Virus record (IMG/VR): IMGVR_UViG_3300048672_000029 | Location: 1-50,548 of that record | Source of the DNA: a virus | Lineage: Duplodnaviria; Caudoviricetes | Length of the DNA stretch: 50,548 nt | Direction: 5' to 3' (one strand) | In this document: positions 1 through 9,828 of the stretch, one piece after another | How positions within the stretch are numbered: position 1 is the first letter of the stretch | How the letters are laid out: every line of letters starts with the position of its first letter | Notes under the pieces: model-generated | The model's database searches: none | What the model was told of the DNA's origin: nothing | The model's input: only the letters and a program-made list of their open reading frames with translations | Position numbers and translations under genes: made by a program

Positions 1-127
1 GATCACGGGTGCCATCCCTATTAAGTTCAAAATTCTCTTCGTCTATCGAAGCATTAGCTGGATAGTTTAAAGGGCTGGCTTCAGTAATTAACCCTTTAAT
101 AAAGTTATTTACTTCCGCCCGAGTCGC
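1..127. repeat. 127-bp direct repeat of the window end (circular assembly overlap)
   Basis: Positions 1-127 are identical to 50422-50548 and lie inside a CDS; 127 is a common assembler k-mer length. Confidence 0.95.
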
Positions 128-139
128 TTTGTTTGCCAT
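1..139 (-). CDS. 5' part of tail tubular/nozzle protein (continues at 50421 down to 48263)
   Basis: ATG at 139-137 reads MANKATRAEVNNFIKGLITEASPLNYP; the frame stays open across the junction into ORF 48263..49891, giving 765 aa. Confidence 0.85.
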   Translation of the reverse strand, partial: MANKATRAEVNNFIKGLITEASPLNYPANASIDEENFELNRDGTRD

Positions 140-332
140 TATCTTCTTTATCTTTCTTAGAGTCTAGATATACAGAAATCTCAGACATAGCTAAAGTTGT
201 AGAAGTGAACATTCCAGAAAGCCTATCTGGTATTTTTCCACCTTTACCTACTGTAACTATAGCATAGTGTCTAGGATGTAGTTTATCAGGCTTTATGTAA
301 TACCCTTTAAACTCTTTTGCGTATTCATTCAT
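105..332 (-). CDS. Hypothetical protein, 75 aa, in the tail gene block
   Basis: ATGA overlap with the upstream gene; co-oriented within the late operon. Confidence 0.75.
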   Translation of the reverse strand: MNEYAKEFKGYYIKPDKLHPRHYAIVTVGKGGKIPDRLSGMFTSTTLAMSEISVYLDSKKDKEDNGKQSDSGGSK

Positions 333-1084
333 TTACGAGAAGCTCTTCCATAATTAGGATATACTATCCCACCATTAGCTGTCCATGCTTTACGGGCCAG
401 CCATCTATTTTGTCTATTGGCTTTCTGTTCAGCTTTCTGATTAGGCACTTGTTTAAGAGCTAAGAATGCTGTGCTTTTAGCTTCTGATAAGAGGGCTGAG
501 AAAGCTTCACTTGGAAGATCGGGAATAAAATCATTTTCATGATTCCACAGAGGCTCTACATAACCTAAGCACTGAGTTTTGGAAGCATGTAATGTGTCAT
601 CCACTGCATTATCGTAGGAATCTGTAACAATATAAGTATCGTCAAAGCTAGTCCAATAAGTGGGAGGAACATCCTTAAGAATAAGGAGCTTAACTCCGCT
701 AAAATCTGATACAGTTTGGACATTAGCGTTTAAACTATTACGGGACGATACCAGACGTAAAAATGAATCTGGATGCTTATATTCAACATCCAAGATTGTA
801 GTTTTTGGATTAGAAGCTGTAAATTTGTCATATTTGAAAAACGAAAGCTCTTTGATATTGTCTGGAATTTTTAAATAATTAGGTTTATCAATATATCCTG
901 AATCATTTAATTGAAACATCTGTCGTAGATGAGGCCAATTCCTATTGCCTAGCATCTCGAAGTAACAGGTCTTTACGATTTGAGCAACTTGCTGAGATTC
1001 AATAGTATCTGTAATACTATTAACCTCATCGCTGTCCATATCGTTAAGAATGTCTGTTACCATTTCTAATAGAGACATTTTCAT
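329..1084 (-). CDS. Tail tubular protein A / adaptor
   Basis: 251 aa; N-terminus LLEMVTDILNDMDSDEVNSI resembles podoviral gp11-like adaptors; lies between head genes and nozzle. Confidence 0.75.
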   Translation of the reverse strand: MKMSLLEMVTDILNDMDSDEVNSITDTIESQQVAQIVKTCYFEMLGNRNWPHLRQMFQLNDSGYIDKPNYLKIPDNIKELSFFKYDKFTASNPKTTILDVEYKHPDSFLRLVSSRNSLNANVQTVSDFSGVKLLILKDVPPTYWTSFDDTYIVTDSYDNAVDDTLHASKTQCLGYVEPLWNHENDFIPDLPSEAFSALLSEAKSTAFLALKQVPNQKAEQKANRQNRWLARKAWTANGGIVYPNYGRASRK

Positions 1085-1644
1085 TATAGAACTGCCTGAG
1101 CTACAAATTGCAAACCATATAAGGCCATAGTTCCCGCATTACCTGTCTTCATGTAAATTTCAAACTTATCTCCAGCAACTGCTGAAGTTTTTACAGAGAC
1201 ATGCATCCCTTGTCTATAAGTTGGAACACCTGCAACAATCTGACTAACACCAGTAAACGGAAGTATTACACCATTGCGATAAATAGCAACTGTTATATTA
1301 CGCCCAATAGATGCACTATCTGCTATAGTGAGATCAGCGTATATAAAAGCTACTCTTTGCTTCAAACCTACATATGTTAAACTGCAATCAGTACCTTCTG
1401 TAAATTCTATAGGAGATGTTTGTGGAGTAGTTGTAGGAGCTACTTTAACATATGCATTTGGACTTAATATTGAAAAAGGTGTACTCTCATTATAGAATGT
1501 AGTAGCTCCTTGTGCAGTAGCATACTCCCAAGAGCCGCTTCCTAAACCGTTTGACACATACACCTTATTAGCTACAGCCAAAGAAATATCTTTAGGTTCA
1601 TGCAATTGGCTATTGTCAATATTTTTATGTTGTACTATTGTCAT
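1084..1644 (-). CDS. Virion structural protein (possible head fibre)
   Basis: 186 aa; N-terminal LHEPKDI...VYVSNGLGSGSW anchor-like segment followed by a beta-rich domain; structural operon position. Confidence 0.55.
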   Translation of the reverse strand: MTIVQHKNIDNSQLHEPKDISLAVANKVYVSNGLGSGSWEYATAQGATTFYNESTPFSILSPNAYVKVAPTTTPQTSPIEFTEGTDCSLTYVGLKQRVAFIYADLTIADSASIGRNITVAIYRNGVILPFTGVSQIVAGVPTYRQGMHVSVKTSAVAGDKFEIYMKTGNAGTMALYGLQFVAQAVL

Positions 1645-1659
1645 AATCTTTTTACAAAG

Positions 1660-1696
1660 AAAAAAAGGGACAAGCTTTTTTAACTGCTTGCCCCTT
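1660..1696 (-). terminator. Intrinsic terminator after the capsid/decoration genes
   Basis: Minus strand AAGGGGCAAGC...GCTTGTCCC followed by a T-run, just after the stop of 1705..2184. Confidence 0.85.
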
Positions 1697-1704
1697 AATT
1701 TAGG

Positions 1705-2184
1705 TTAAACCTTCGTCTTGTAGATGTACTCAGCAATCAGCGTTGCTTTGCCTGCACCAGGCGTAACTGCTGGAGTAGTACCACCAAGAGCCTTGGTAAT
1801 CTTCTGAGCCGTCAGCGGACCCGTAGCATGATTGGTGGCCCAAGTACCAGTGCCTGCAGAAGCAGGAATCTTAGTACCAACAGCAGCAAGTTCGGCTGCT
1901 GTAAGGACAATACCATCAGTTGCCGGAGCCGTACCACCAAAGATCACCGTTGGTGAAGTACCCGTCATCGTAAATACTTCGTCTACACGAAGAATATAAC
2001 GAAGGAAGTGGGCACCCTTCGGAAGAACAATATTAGGCACGTAGGTTCCGATCAAGGATTCTGCCGTAAAGTCTACCGAGAGGAATTGGATAACATCATC
2101 CTCCACCTTACCCAGAGAACCACCAGTGTTTCGAACACCGTATTGGTTGAAAACGTTCAACCCTGCACTATTTTCATATGGCAT
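1705..2184 (-). CDS. Minor capsid / decoration protein
   Basis: 159 aa, Thr/Gly/Ala-rich; directly after the major capsid gene and before the terminator; similar strong codon bias. Confidence 0.65.
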   Translation of the reverse strand: MPYENSAGLNVFNQYGVRNTGGSLGKVEDDVIQFLSVDFTAESLIGTYVPNIVLPKGAHFLRYILRVDEVFTMTGTSPTVIFGGTAPATDGIVLTAAELAAVGTKIPASAGTGTWATNHATGPLTAQKITKALGGTTPAVTPGAGKATLIAEYIYKTKV

Positions 2185-2201
2185 TTATTATTTCCTAACT
2201 A

Positions 2202-3146
2202 TTAGCTAACTTTAACAGCGTCAGTAATAACAATACCCAGCGTGTCAACACGTTGCGTACCGAAACCAAAGCGGCAAGAAGTTACAAATTCATCACGACG
2301 AAGGTCTTTATTACGTTCACCTTCAACTCGTGGCATACGTCTCCAAGCTGCCATAATAGGCTTCGTGTTGTCATCAGCAACACACATGAAGATATTAGCT
2401 ACGCCATTAGTAACAGTGGTCGTACCATCACCAAACGAGCCTTTAGGCAGACGATTGGAAGTGATAATAGTCCAGCCATACAGATTCATAACATAAGCAT
2501 GATCTCGTTCGAAACCACTCTGGAGCAGCTTATCGCCGAAAGGCGTAGTCGTACCAGTCATCGTGATAGCAGTAGAGAACGTAGCTGCAGTTACAGGATC
2601 AACAATAGCCACCCGGCCAGCCATAGGCACATTAGCTTTATCGAAAGCAAGTTTCATCGAGATCAGATGACCAAGAGTGATAACGTTGTTCGTAGCAGCA
2701 GATGCGATACGGTGGGCAAAGCCGTTAATCAAATTAGCGTTAGCATTCGTCTGAGCGGAATTACAACGAGCCAAGAAACGTGTTTCAAACACTTCCTGAA
2801 TAGCGCGAGTAGATTCGCTAGAGCGAGCCGACATCAATTGTTCAACTTGAGCACCATCTTCACGAAGGTCATCGGTAACGTACCAAGCGTCACCAACATA
2901 GTCGGTAATCGTCAGCGTTACTTCACCAGATTCAATCGGAGAGTAATCAAATGCAACTTCTTCAGCACCGTCCTGAATAGTGACAGTACCAACAGTTTTG
3001 ATGTGGAGAGTCGTACCAGAACCAAAGTCCGATACGTTACGATAGAATGTTCCGGGGAGCATACCATCATGCAGATTGCGCAGAATGAAAGCAGAATACT
3101 GTTCACTTTCGATAAAGGCAGTCGAGTTTGCTCGATTTTGAGCCAT
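2202..3146 (-). CDS. Major capsid protein
   Basis: 314 aa; follows the scaffold gene; podoviral MCP-like segments (LHIKTVG, LTITDYVGDAWYVTDDL, FGFG near the C-terminus). Confidence 0.9.
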   Translation of the reverse strand: MAQNRANSTAFIESEQYSAFILRNLHDGMLPGTFYRNVSDFGSGTTLHIKTVGTVTIQDGAEEVAFDYSPIESGEVTLTITDYVGDAWYVTDDLREDGAQVEQLMSARSSESTRAIQEVFETRFLARCNSAQTNANANLINGFAHRIASAATNNVITLGHLISMKLAFDKANVPMAGRVAIVDPVTAATFSTAITMTGTTTPFGDKLLQSGFERDHAYVMNLYGWTIITSNRLPKGSFGDGTTTVTNGVANIFMCVADDNTKPIMAAWRRMPRVEGERNKDLRRDEFVTSCRFGFGTQRVDTLGIVITDAVKVS

Positions 3147-3162
3147 ATTTTATTTCCTTATA

Positions 3163-3978
3163 TTAACCAAATCGTTTAAAATAAACTTTAGGGTCTGAGA
3201 AGTCGTGTACAGACTTACCTTCTTTGTGAAGCTCTTCAACCATTTGATTAGCTCTTCGCTGTTCAGCTTGAAGCTCTTGTGATGTAGCACCAACTAAAGT
3301 AGGGGTCTTATTACGACCAACATTAGAATCGGTAGGAGGAACAAAGCTAGAGCTATTCACCGAGCTGGTCTGGGTAGACCCTTGTGTAGGTGGAGCAGCT
3401 TGCGTAATGCCGAGAGTCTTAAAAATTAATTTTGGATTTTTGGCTGCAAGAACATTAAGTTCTGCAACGCTCATCCCTAGTTCTGCGGCGGTCTCATTAA
3501 ACGTTTGTTCAGCTTTATCACCAAACTTTGCAACCAAAGCATTAACAACAGCTTTTTGATTGATCTTAGCTTGAGCAATTTGCTCACGTTGACTGAGGGT
3601 TCTATCTACTAATTCGGCAACAGTCTGTTCTGACAATGCTGCAGGTGGTTTGCCTGCTTCATCTGTCTTCTCAGTGAGGCTACGTATAGAATTCTCTAGT
3701 TCTGCAATTCGCTCTGCTTCTTTACGCAAACGTTCAATTTCCTTATCTTTCTGAGAGAGATCGTCTGTCAGTTTAGGAATGTATGTTTGTGCATTTTGCA
3801 AACCTACTAAAGCATCCTTTAGAGTTTTATACTTAGGCTCTCCACGTTCATTCTTGATTCCGGCTAACAGGTTTGTAAGCTCAGATTCTGTATTAACGTT
3901 GTCGGTATTGCCAGTACCGGAGGGTGGGAGGGTAGTCCCGGATTCTTGATTATCAAAAATACTTGTCTGGTCTGACAT
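3163..3978 (-). CDS. Capsid scaffolding protein
   Basis: 271 aa with coiled-coil and low-complexity linkers; between portal and MCP. Confidence 0.8.
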   Translation of the reverse strand: MSDQTSIFDNQESGTTLPPSGTGNTDNVNTESELTNLLAGIKNERGEPKYKTLKDALVGLQNAQTYIPKLTDDLSQKDKEIERLRKEAERIAELENSIRSLTEKTDEAGKPPAALSEQTVAELVDRTLSQREQIAQAKINQKAVVNALVAKFGDKAEQTFNETAAELGMSVAELNVLAAKNPKLIFKTLGITQAAPPTQGSTQTSSVNSSSFVPPTDSNVGRNKTPTLVGATSQELQAEQRRANQMVEELHKEGKSVHDFSDPKVYFKRFG

Positions 3979-3993
3979 GTATTGTTCTTTCTA

Positions 3994-4281
3994 TTAAATT
4001 GTTTGCGAAAGCTTGAAATGTAATTTTCTATGACAATTAGCGCATAGAACAATACATTTAGATATTTCTTTTTCTAGACGAGTCCAAGAAATGTTAACAG
4101 ACATACTACCTATAGAATAATCTTTAGTAGAAGAGTCTATATGATGTAAATCTAAAACACATGTTTCTTTTTCTCCGCATTCCTTACATTCTTGTGTAGC
4201 TTTCCATTCTCTAAACTTTTGTCTATTTTTATTTTGCCATTTTACACTTGCAAGTTTTTGAGAATCAGTACGTTTAGCCAT
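3994..4281 (-). CDS. Free-standing HNH endonuclease
   Basis: CKECG...DLHHID...LCANCHRKLH zinc-binding HNH signature. Confidence 0.85.
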   Translation of the reverse strand: MAKRTDSQKLASVKWQNKNRQKFREWKATQECKECGEKETCVLDLHHIDSSTKDYSIGSMSVNISWTRLEKEISKCIVLCANCHRKLHFKLSQTI

Positions 4282-4362
4282 TAGAATATATTAAATATTA
4301 ATTATACTTCTTAATCTCACTCGCTTCGCTCGTTCGTATTAAGATAATTTAGTAATAGCTAA

Positions 4363-4388
4363 TATCGGAAATTCACCTACTTCTCGAC
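4363..4388 (-). promoter_or_regulatory. Putative phage-sigma promoter GTCGA-N15-CCGATA
   Basis: One of four same-spacing copies; upstream of the HNH-scaffold-capsid genes. Confidence 0.65.
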
Positions 4389-4634
4389 AATTTTGTCAGA
4401 AATAAGTGAAATAACATCTAAAATAGCTCTTTCGTACCCTACAGCGTCCGCTTGGAGGTACGGCCAACCAGCCTTCTCGTAATTATCTTTACTACGTGAA
4501 AAGCTATTAGAAGCTCTAAGTTTATCGTCTAAAAGCTCTATGAGACGCTTTCGCATCCCATAGGAACTTATATAATCTTGCTTAACTTCTTTTGCTTTTT
4601 CTTCTGGAAGTCCAGAAATCCAACTTTGTTTCAT
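4377..4634 (-). CDS. Hypothetical protein, 85 aa (portal-linked)
   Basis: ATGA overlap with the portal stop; WPYLQADAVGYERA segment. Confidence 0.75.
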   Translation of the reverse strand: MKQSWISGLPEEKAKEVKQDYISSYGMRKRLIELLDDKLRASNSFSRSKDNYEKAGWPYLQADAVGYERAILDVISLISDKIVEK

Positions 4635-6397
4635 GCTGCTATAGGAGGTGATTGAGGATCAGCAACTGTATCTTCTACAGCTAAATCTTCCTGAGATTGC
4701 TTAGCAAGTCTTGTAGTTTCTTGTTGTTCAAACACTGCAATATTAGGTATAAACAAGGAATAGCGATTAAGACCAAGAATGTCTTCCAAAAGCTTAGATA
4801 GAGCAAGTCCACTAAGGTGAGGAGCAACAACTTTAGAGATAGGGCTATTAAAGATATTTGTTACGTTCTGTAGGAGTTGAGCTTGAGCTGCAAAATGTCT
4901 TGCACCAATAGGGCGTAATACACCAGAAGCTGTAATATCTTCCTTCGTAATCTTAAGAAATTTCTCTACACCTACAGCGTCATCCAGAGTACGAACAGTA
5001 TCTGTAGCGTCCATATTTCTACGAGAAGTTTCTAACATATCGTTAAGAGCTGGCTCTAAAAGCTCAATCTCTAGATTTGTAATCTTCTCTTGGAAAATAC
5101 GACTAGCTGCATTCTCTAAGCGTTGCACTTCAAAGGCTGTTTTCTCTCCTGCAGTGCGTACACCCATAGCTTCCCTAGGTGCCCCTGCATAAAGCTCCAT
5201 ACGCTGCTCTAAACGCTCTATAGACGTGTCTGCAGCCATTACCCACTGGACATTATGACCAAGCTCTGCAATATCTCCTGCTTCGTCTAAATGAATCTCT
5301 ACACCTGGCCCATAAGCAAACTCTTCCACTTCACCTTTAATAACTAAAGGAGGAAGAACAGCTAAATCCATAGCGTCTGCTTTAAGATTCTCTAAGTGGT
5401 CAATACGATATTGCATACCAACCAGATTATCTAGAGGACCCATAGCCCATAGATTATCAGGGCGTGTACGCCATCCACAATGATAAATAGGGGCATGACC
5501 GTTCCAAGATTGATATGCTTCGTCATTGATGACGTACATACGATCTACAACAGTAATTTTCCTACCTGTCAATGTTTCACCAGTTTTCTGGTTATGGATG
5601 TTACCATAGAAGGTTAGAAATTCTACATATCCACTTTGCAGATAATCATAATAGTTACCAAAACCATCTACCTGAATTCCTTCAGCTTTCTGCCAATCTT
5701 CGATACCGTATGCATTCATATGAGCATACATTTTATCTCGTTGTCTAAGAGCTTTCTTAAGGAATTTATTCTCTGGACTATTCTGAGCTAATAGGTGAAG
5801 CTCACCAAGCGTCTTTACGCTACGTATAATCTTAGGGCTGTCGTTAAATGAAGCAGCTAAAGGATTAAATACAATATCCATAGGACTAATCCTATGAAGC
5901 TTGGGACCAATATAGATTTGAATTTTCTTGTCATTATCATCTGTACGATATGACGATTCAAAATCTACAAAAGCAAAAGCATTACCATAATCAATGTAGT
6001 CGTAAACAAGCTTACTTGTCTCTGTCCTAAAGCCACCTTCTCTAGTCTTATTGCTCATATACGCTTCAATGGCTGTTACCTTTTGCTTGGTAGCATCATT
6101 CATCGTATAGGCTTCCCATTTCAACCAATTATCATTAGGGAAAAGAGCAGAAATGTAATTAGAATGCAGATTATCCCTAATCTGACATAGTTTTGGAAGG
6201 GTCGTACTATTCTTCCAAGGAAGAGTTTTGTTAGTAGTGGTAGTAGTATCCGTAGCAAAAATATAGTCTCTAAGCTCTTGCCATTGCTTAATCTTCGTAT
6301 CACGCTGACTATTCCAATTCTGCCACATATAGGAAATCTCTTTGCCAAAAGCATCTCCCTTGAATTCTGTACGTATTTCTAATGCCGATTGTGACAT
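4631..6397 (-). CDS. Portal protein
   Basis: 588 aa directly after TerL; podoviral portal motif KTAFEV. Confidence 0.9.
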   Translation of the reverse strand: MSQSALEIRTEFKGDAFGKEISYMWQNWNSQRDTKIKQWQELRDYIFATDTTTTTNKTLPWKNSTTLPKLCQIRDNLHSNYISALFPNDNWLKWEAYTMNDATKQKVTAIEAYMSNKTREGGFRTETSKLVYDYIDYGNAFAFVDFESSYRTDDNDKKIQIYIGPKLHRISPMDIVFNPLAASFNDSPKIIRSVKTLGELHLLAQNSPENKFLKKALRQRDKMYAHMNAYGIEDWQKAEGIQVDGFGNYYDYLQSGYVEFLTFYGNIHNQKTGETLTGRKITVVDRMYVINDEAYQSWNGHAPIYHCGWRTRPDNLWAMGPLDNLVGMQYRIDHLENLKADAMDLAVLPPLVIKGEVEEFAYGPGVEIHLDEAGDIAELGHNVQWVMAADTSIERLEQRMELYAGAPREAMGVRTAGEKTAFEVQRLENAASRIFQEKITNLEIELLEPALNDMLETSRRNMDATDTVRTLDDAVGVEKFLKITKEDITASGVLRPIGARHFAAQAQLLQNVTNIFNSPISKVVAPHLSGLALSKLLEDILGLNRYSLFIPNIAVFEQQETTRLAKQSQEDLAVEDTVADPQSPPIAA

Positions 6398-6405
6398 TTA
6401 TTTCC

Positions 6406-8016
6406 TTATCTGTAAGATACGCCACCAAAGCGGCTATTAAACTGTATTACATTGCTTTGAAGATCATTTAATCCTCTGGAACGTTTAGGTTTGATTGCAA
6501 TAGTTACTGCGGATGCCAGTGCATCCTTAATGTCGTCATGAGGAGGACGAGCAAGAATAAGTTCTTCTTCTAGAACATCTGTATATCCGCCTTTAAAATG
6601 CCAGATGGTCATGTTCTCATATTTATGCTCTAAAGCTGCAGCTATACGTTCTTGCTTATTACCTTCATTACGAGTAGGTCTATGTTCATCAATTGATAGG
6701 CTTAATCCCTCTTCTCGGAGTTTATCTTTAAGGTCTGAGACAATAACTGCTTGCGCGACTGTAACTTCCGCTCTGAGCTTTTTGAATTCCCAACGGGAGT
6801 GTAGCTCAGCAATGGATCGGAAGTAGTCACTAATTTTGTCGCTTTTGAATACCACAATGTCAAGTACATAAATATACCCTTCTGCATCTATACCAACAAC
6901 AACTATCGCTGTATTATCGCTTTTCTTACTTAAGGAGAAAGCGAAGTCTATAGCACCAAAGATATTAAGCTTATTGTTTTTATAATACCAATTTCCGTTT
7001 GTCTGCTTAAGAAACTTCTTATCGTAATATTGGAACTTATTCCTATCTATTCGATTACTTCCTGGATCATTAGGGTTGTTATAATACTGAGCGTGAAACT
7101 GTATTTTGTCAGTGTATTCTGCCCTAATACGAGAAAGAACTTGAGCATCAAAACCAAAGAACTTCTTATCGTCTCTCATAACCTTAGGCCAGATGAATAC
7201 ACCATCTACCTCTACAGCGTATTCTCTAATTTCCCATACAGGCTGTTGTTTAATCACTTCTCCTTCTTCGTTGTAAATGTCATACTCTTGGTCTCTCCAA
7301 GTAGCATACACATCTGAAGGGTGGTAGCGAGTACCACAGGCTAGCGTAAAACCACCAGCATTACGGATAGATGTAAACTGAGAAGCCTTCTTCATTACGC
7401 TATCTCGTCCATCTGCCGTATACGCGTTCTCAGGAACCACGATGTCATCTGAGATGATTACATCTGCGTGCCATCCTGTGGTGTTAGTAGTTAAGCCTGC
7501 TGTAGCAACAGTTTCATCCCGAATAGCTTCAGTCTTACGCTTCTCATGGTCAATAGAGAATTTACGCATAGACCACTTCTCTCGCTTTCCTTCTTGAGGA
7601 TTGATATATTCAGGGAAGTAACGATTGTAAATTGTACTACCTAGAATATTCTGAATAGCGTAGAGCTGTTTCTCAGCAAGCTCGGCTGTGGCCGAAAGAT
7701 AGAGAATAGTTATTTCAGGATGACGAGTGATAATCCAAGCTGCCCAAGTAGCCACCATATGGCTCTTTAAATGCCCTCGCGGGAGCATAATAAGCTTATT
7801 GGTGGACTGACCAACTCCTTGACCAAAAAGAGAATACTCTTCTAGCCATTTATAAAATTTCTTATGTATGTCACCATACATATAACCGGGATTTACTAAT
7901 CTAGCGAAGAAATACAAGTCATTGTAAGCTGTTTCTCTTAATTGTTTAGCCTCTTCAGGCATCTTCTCTAAGCGTAATTTAGCATCTCGCAGCCATGTAT
8001 CTACTTCTTTTACCAT
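6406..8016 (-). CDS. terL: Terminase large subunit
   Basis: Walker A-like LPRGHLKS, Walker B VIISDD, GTRYH coupling motif, nuclease IDFA...HDDIKDAL. Confidence 0.95.
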   Translation of the reverse strand: MVKEVDTWLRDAKLRLEKMPEEAKQLRETAYNDLYFFARLVNPGYMYGDIHKKFYKWLEEYSLFGQGVGQSTNKLIMLPRGHLKSHMVATWAAWIITRHPEITILYLSATAELAEKQLYAIQNILGSTIYNRYFPEYINPQEGKREKWSMRKFSIDHEKRKTEAIRDETVATAGLTTNTTGWHADVIISDDIVVPENAYTADGRDSVMKKASQFTSIRNAGGFTLACGTRYHPSDVYATWRDQEYDIYNEEGEVIKQQPVWEIREYAVEVDGVFIWPKVMRDDKKFFGFDAQVLSRIRAEYTDKIQFHAQYYNNPNDPGSNRIDRNKFQYYDKKFLKQTNGNWYYKNNKLNIFGAIDFAFSLSKKSDNTAIVVVGIDAEGYIYVLDIVVFKSDKISDYFRSIAELHSRWEFKKLRAEVTVAQAVIVSDLKDKLREEGLSLSIDEHRPTRNEGNKQERIAAALEHKYENMTIWHFKGGYTDVLEEELILARPPHDDIKDALASAVTIAIKPKRSRGLNDLQSNVIQFNSRFGGVSYR

Positions 8017-8525
8017 TAGGTTCCAGTGTTAAGTCTGATAATATCTGCCGTATAATCTTTATCTACACGAGCTTGAAAGCGTTTCTCATTCTGAACTTCT
8101 TCCTTAGAAGGTCGTCCAGCACCTCTATTAGCCCAACCTCTATCGGCTAGCCATTTAGAAGCTTGAATATTTCCTTTTTCAGCTTTCTTAATCATTTCTT
8201 TTGTAGCTCGGCTACGTAGCTTCAATTCCAGCTCCTCACGCCAATCTTCAATATGTGGGCGTAATAGTTTATTGTCATATAGACGTTGCCATTGTCTCCA
8301 ATTTAGGAGATATTTGGTAACAAAACTATATTCTGTTGGGTCTTCTTCTTCAAGATATAGACGCTTAAGAGAAGGGTATACCTTACCTTTGTAATCATGA
8401 TCTTGATCTTTTAACGTATAAATAGCAGCATCACTATACCCAACTTCTAAGAACATAGATTGGGTAATAGGGCGTCCACTAGTGTCTAGCATTAAAGCTT
8501 TATCTGGTACAAATTCTTCCATCAT
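8016..8525 (-). CDS. Terminase small subunit (putative)
   Basis: 169 aa immediately upstream of TerL; ASKWLADRGW...AGRPSK segment. Confidence 0.65.
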   Translation of the reverse strand: MMEEFVPDKALMLDTSGRPITQSMFLEVGYSDAAIYTLKDQDHDYKGKVYPSLKRLYLEEEDPTEYSFVTKYLLNWRQWQRLYDNKLLRPHIEDWREELELKLRSRATKEMIKKAEKGNIQASKWLADRGWANRGAGRPSKEEVQNEKRFQARVDKDYTADIIRLNTGT

Positions 8526-8968
8526 ATAAGAGCTACTTCAGCTTCTCTCCGTAATACAAGACCTTTTAATACTTTACCACCTCCTCTGTTCCACTTACGT
8601 AGTTCAGTAGGCACTTCGTCCCAATCTTCAGCTAAGATTTTCTTACGAAGGGTGGAGGTCTTGAGTCTTCCGCTTCCTAAATTAAAAGTAAAATCAATAA
8701 TAGCAGCTAAACGATTAGCATCTGTGATATTAGGGCAAAGCTTACGAACTGCAGGAAGATATACATAACGTATATGCCACATCAGTAATTGCTCTGCACG
8801 CTCTTTAGAGATCATAGGATCAGTTAAGGCTACCCTAGTACCATTCTCGTAATAAGTCGCCCCGTAGCCTATGCTAGGCACTCCTGCGGGGCATAGATAA
8901 GGACCTCTGTAAAGCCCTTCAAACTTACGACATAATATAGCTGCTATTTCGGCTGCTAGTTTATTCAT
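8522..8968 (-). CDS. Endolysin, GH24 lysozyme
   Basis: FEG...YLCPAGVPSIGYG, FTFNLG, GLVLRREAE motifs. Confidence 0.92.
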   Translation of the reverse strand: MNKLAAEIAAILCRKFEGLYRGPYLCPAGVPSIGYGATYYENGTRVALTDPMISKERAEQLLMWHIRYVYLPAVRKLCPNITDANRLAAIIDFTFNLGSGRLKTSTLRKKILAEDWDEVPTELRKWNRGGGKVLKGLVLRREAEVALI

Positions 8969-9432
8969 TTTCCTCTCTTAATTAATGCTCTATCTGCGAG
9001 ATATAAACCTAAAGCAGCAGATGCTACAGACCAGCTAGATTCGCTAAGAACAAATACTGAAAACTCTGAGAGAGTCATCATTACTATTGCCCAAGTAGCA
9101 ACTCCGGGACGTATTGTAGCATTCCAAGCATCAACCCAGCGTATTCCTGTTTGTTTAGTCGTAGATTCTGAGACAGTAGCCCAAGCTGCAGCTTCTATTT
9201 CACGAATGTGATTGTCTGCTTGAACAGTGATGGTTTTAATACCAAGGTCTGCTTGTACGCGAATAGCTTCAAGATTTCTTTCATGCTGTTTAGCATCAAT
9301 TCCTTCTTGAAGCTTAATTCTTTCTATCTCAAATTCATGATCTTGTTTCTTATTCCACCAAGAACTAATCTCTCCCCATAACATGCGGAAAGCTGTTCCT
9401 CCAAGGAAAGAAAATAGTGTGGAAAAAATCAT
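8965..9432 (-). CDS. Putative holin (GTA 3TM-holin-like)
   Basis: Hydrophobic N-terminus, charged helix, then IRP followed by two hydrophobic segments; adjacent to the endolysin. Confidence 0.55.
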   Translation of the reverse strand: MIFSTLFSFLGGTAFRMLWGEISSWWNKKQDHEFEIERIKLQEGIDAKQHERNLEAIRVQADLGIKTITVQADNHIREIEAAAWATVSESTTKQTGIRWVDAWNATIRPGVATWAIVMMTLSEFSVFVLSESSWSVASAALGLYLADRALIKRGK

Positions 9433-9683
9433 TTCTTATCTTCTTTTGTGTTTAAAGCATCTAAAATCTTATCTAGCTTCTCTAGAATAGTATTCTGAAA
9501 CTCTCTAAATTCTGTACGTTTTAGATATTCTCCTGCTATTAACACTTCAATATTTTGTAAGCGAATAGCAGTTTCTTTATGCGAATCCTTAACACCTTTG
9601 ACATCCTGCCAAAGCATATGAGAGACCCAACCAACTACGGTTAGGCCCACTCCCAATAGCCATTGAACCCAGCCCTCACTCAT
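9429..9683 (-). CDS. Single-TM membrane protein (holin/antiholin-like)
   Basis: N-terminal TM segment then coiled coil; in the lysis cassette. Confidence 0.55.
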   Translation of the reverse strand: MSEGWVQWLLGVGLTVVGWVSHMLWQDVKGVKDSHKETAIRLQNIEVLIAGEYLKRTEFREFQNTILEKLDKILDALNTKEDKK

Positions 9684-9828
9684 CTTTAGGAGCCTCCTCT
9701 GCAGGTTTCTCCAAAAGCTGATTGCCTATGTAATTTATTAGGTCATTAACTTCTTTATAAGGAAGCTCAATAAGTCCTCTAAAAATTAGAGAGATTTGTT
9801 GTTCAGTTAAGTTATTGATATTCTTCAT
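9676..9828 (-). CDS. Small protein, 50 aa (possible tail-fibre chaperone); not in the ORF track
   Basis: MKNINNLTEQQISLIFRGLIELPYKEVNDLINYIGNQLLEKPAEEAPKDE; ATGA overlap with the fibre stop; fills the gap exactly. Confidence 0.65.
   Translation of the reverse strand: MKNINNLTEQQISLIFRGLIELPYKEVNDLINYIGNQLLEKPAEEAPKDE

Noticed and set aside
1-127. 127-bp repeat as a biological terminal repeat
   Set aside because: It lies mid-gene and equals a standard assembler k-mer length.
2253-3179. 308-aa + strand ORF antisense to the major capsid gene
   Set aside because: Shadow ORF expected from the strong codon bias of a highly expressed gene; no SD or protein-like features.
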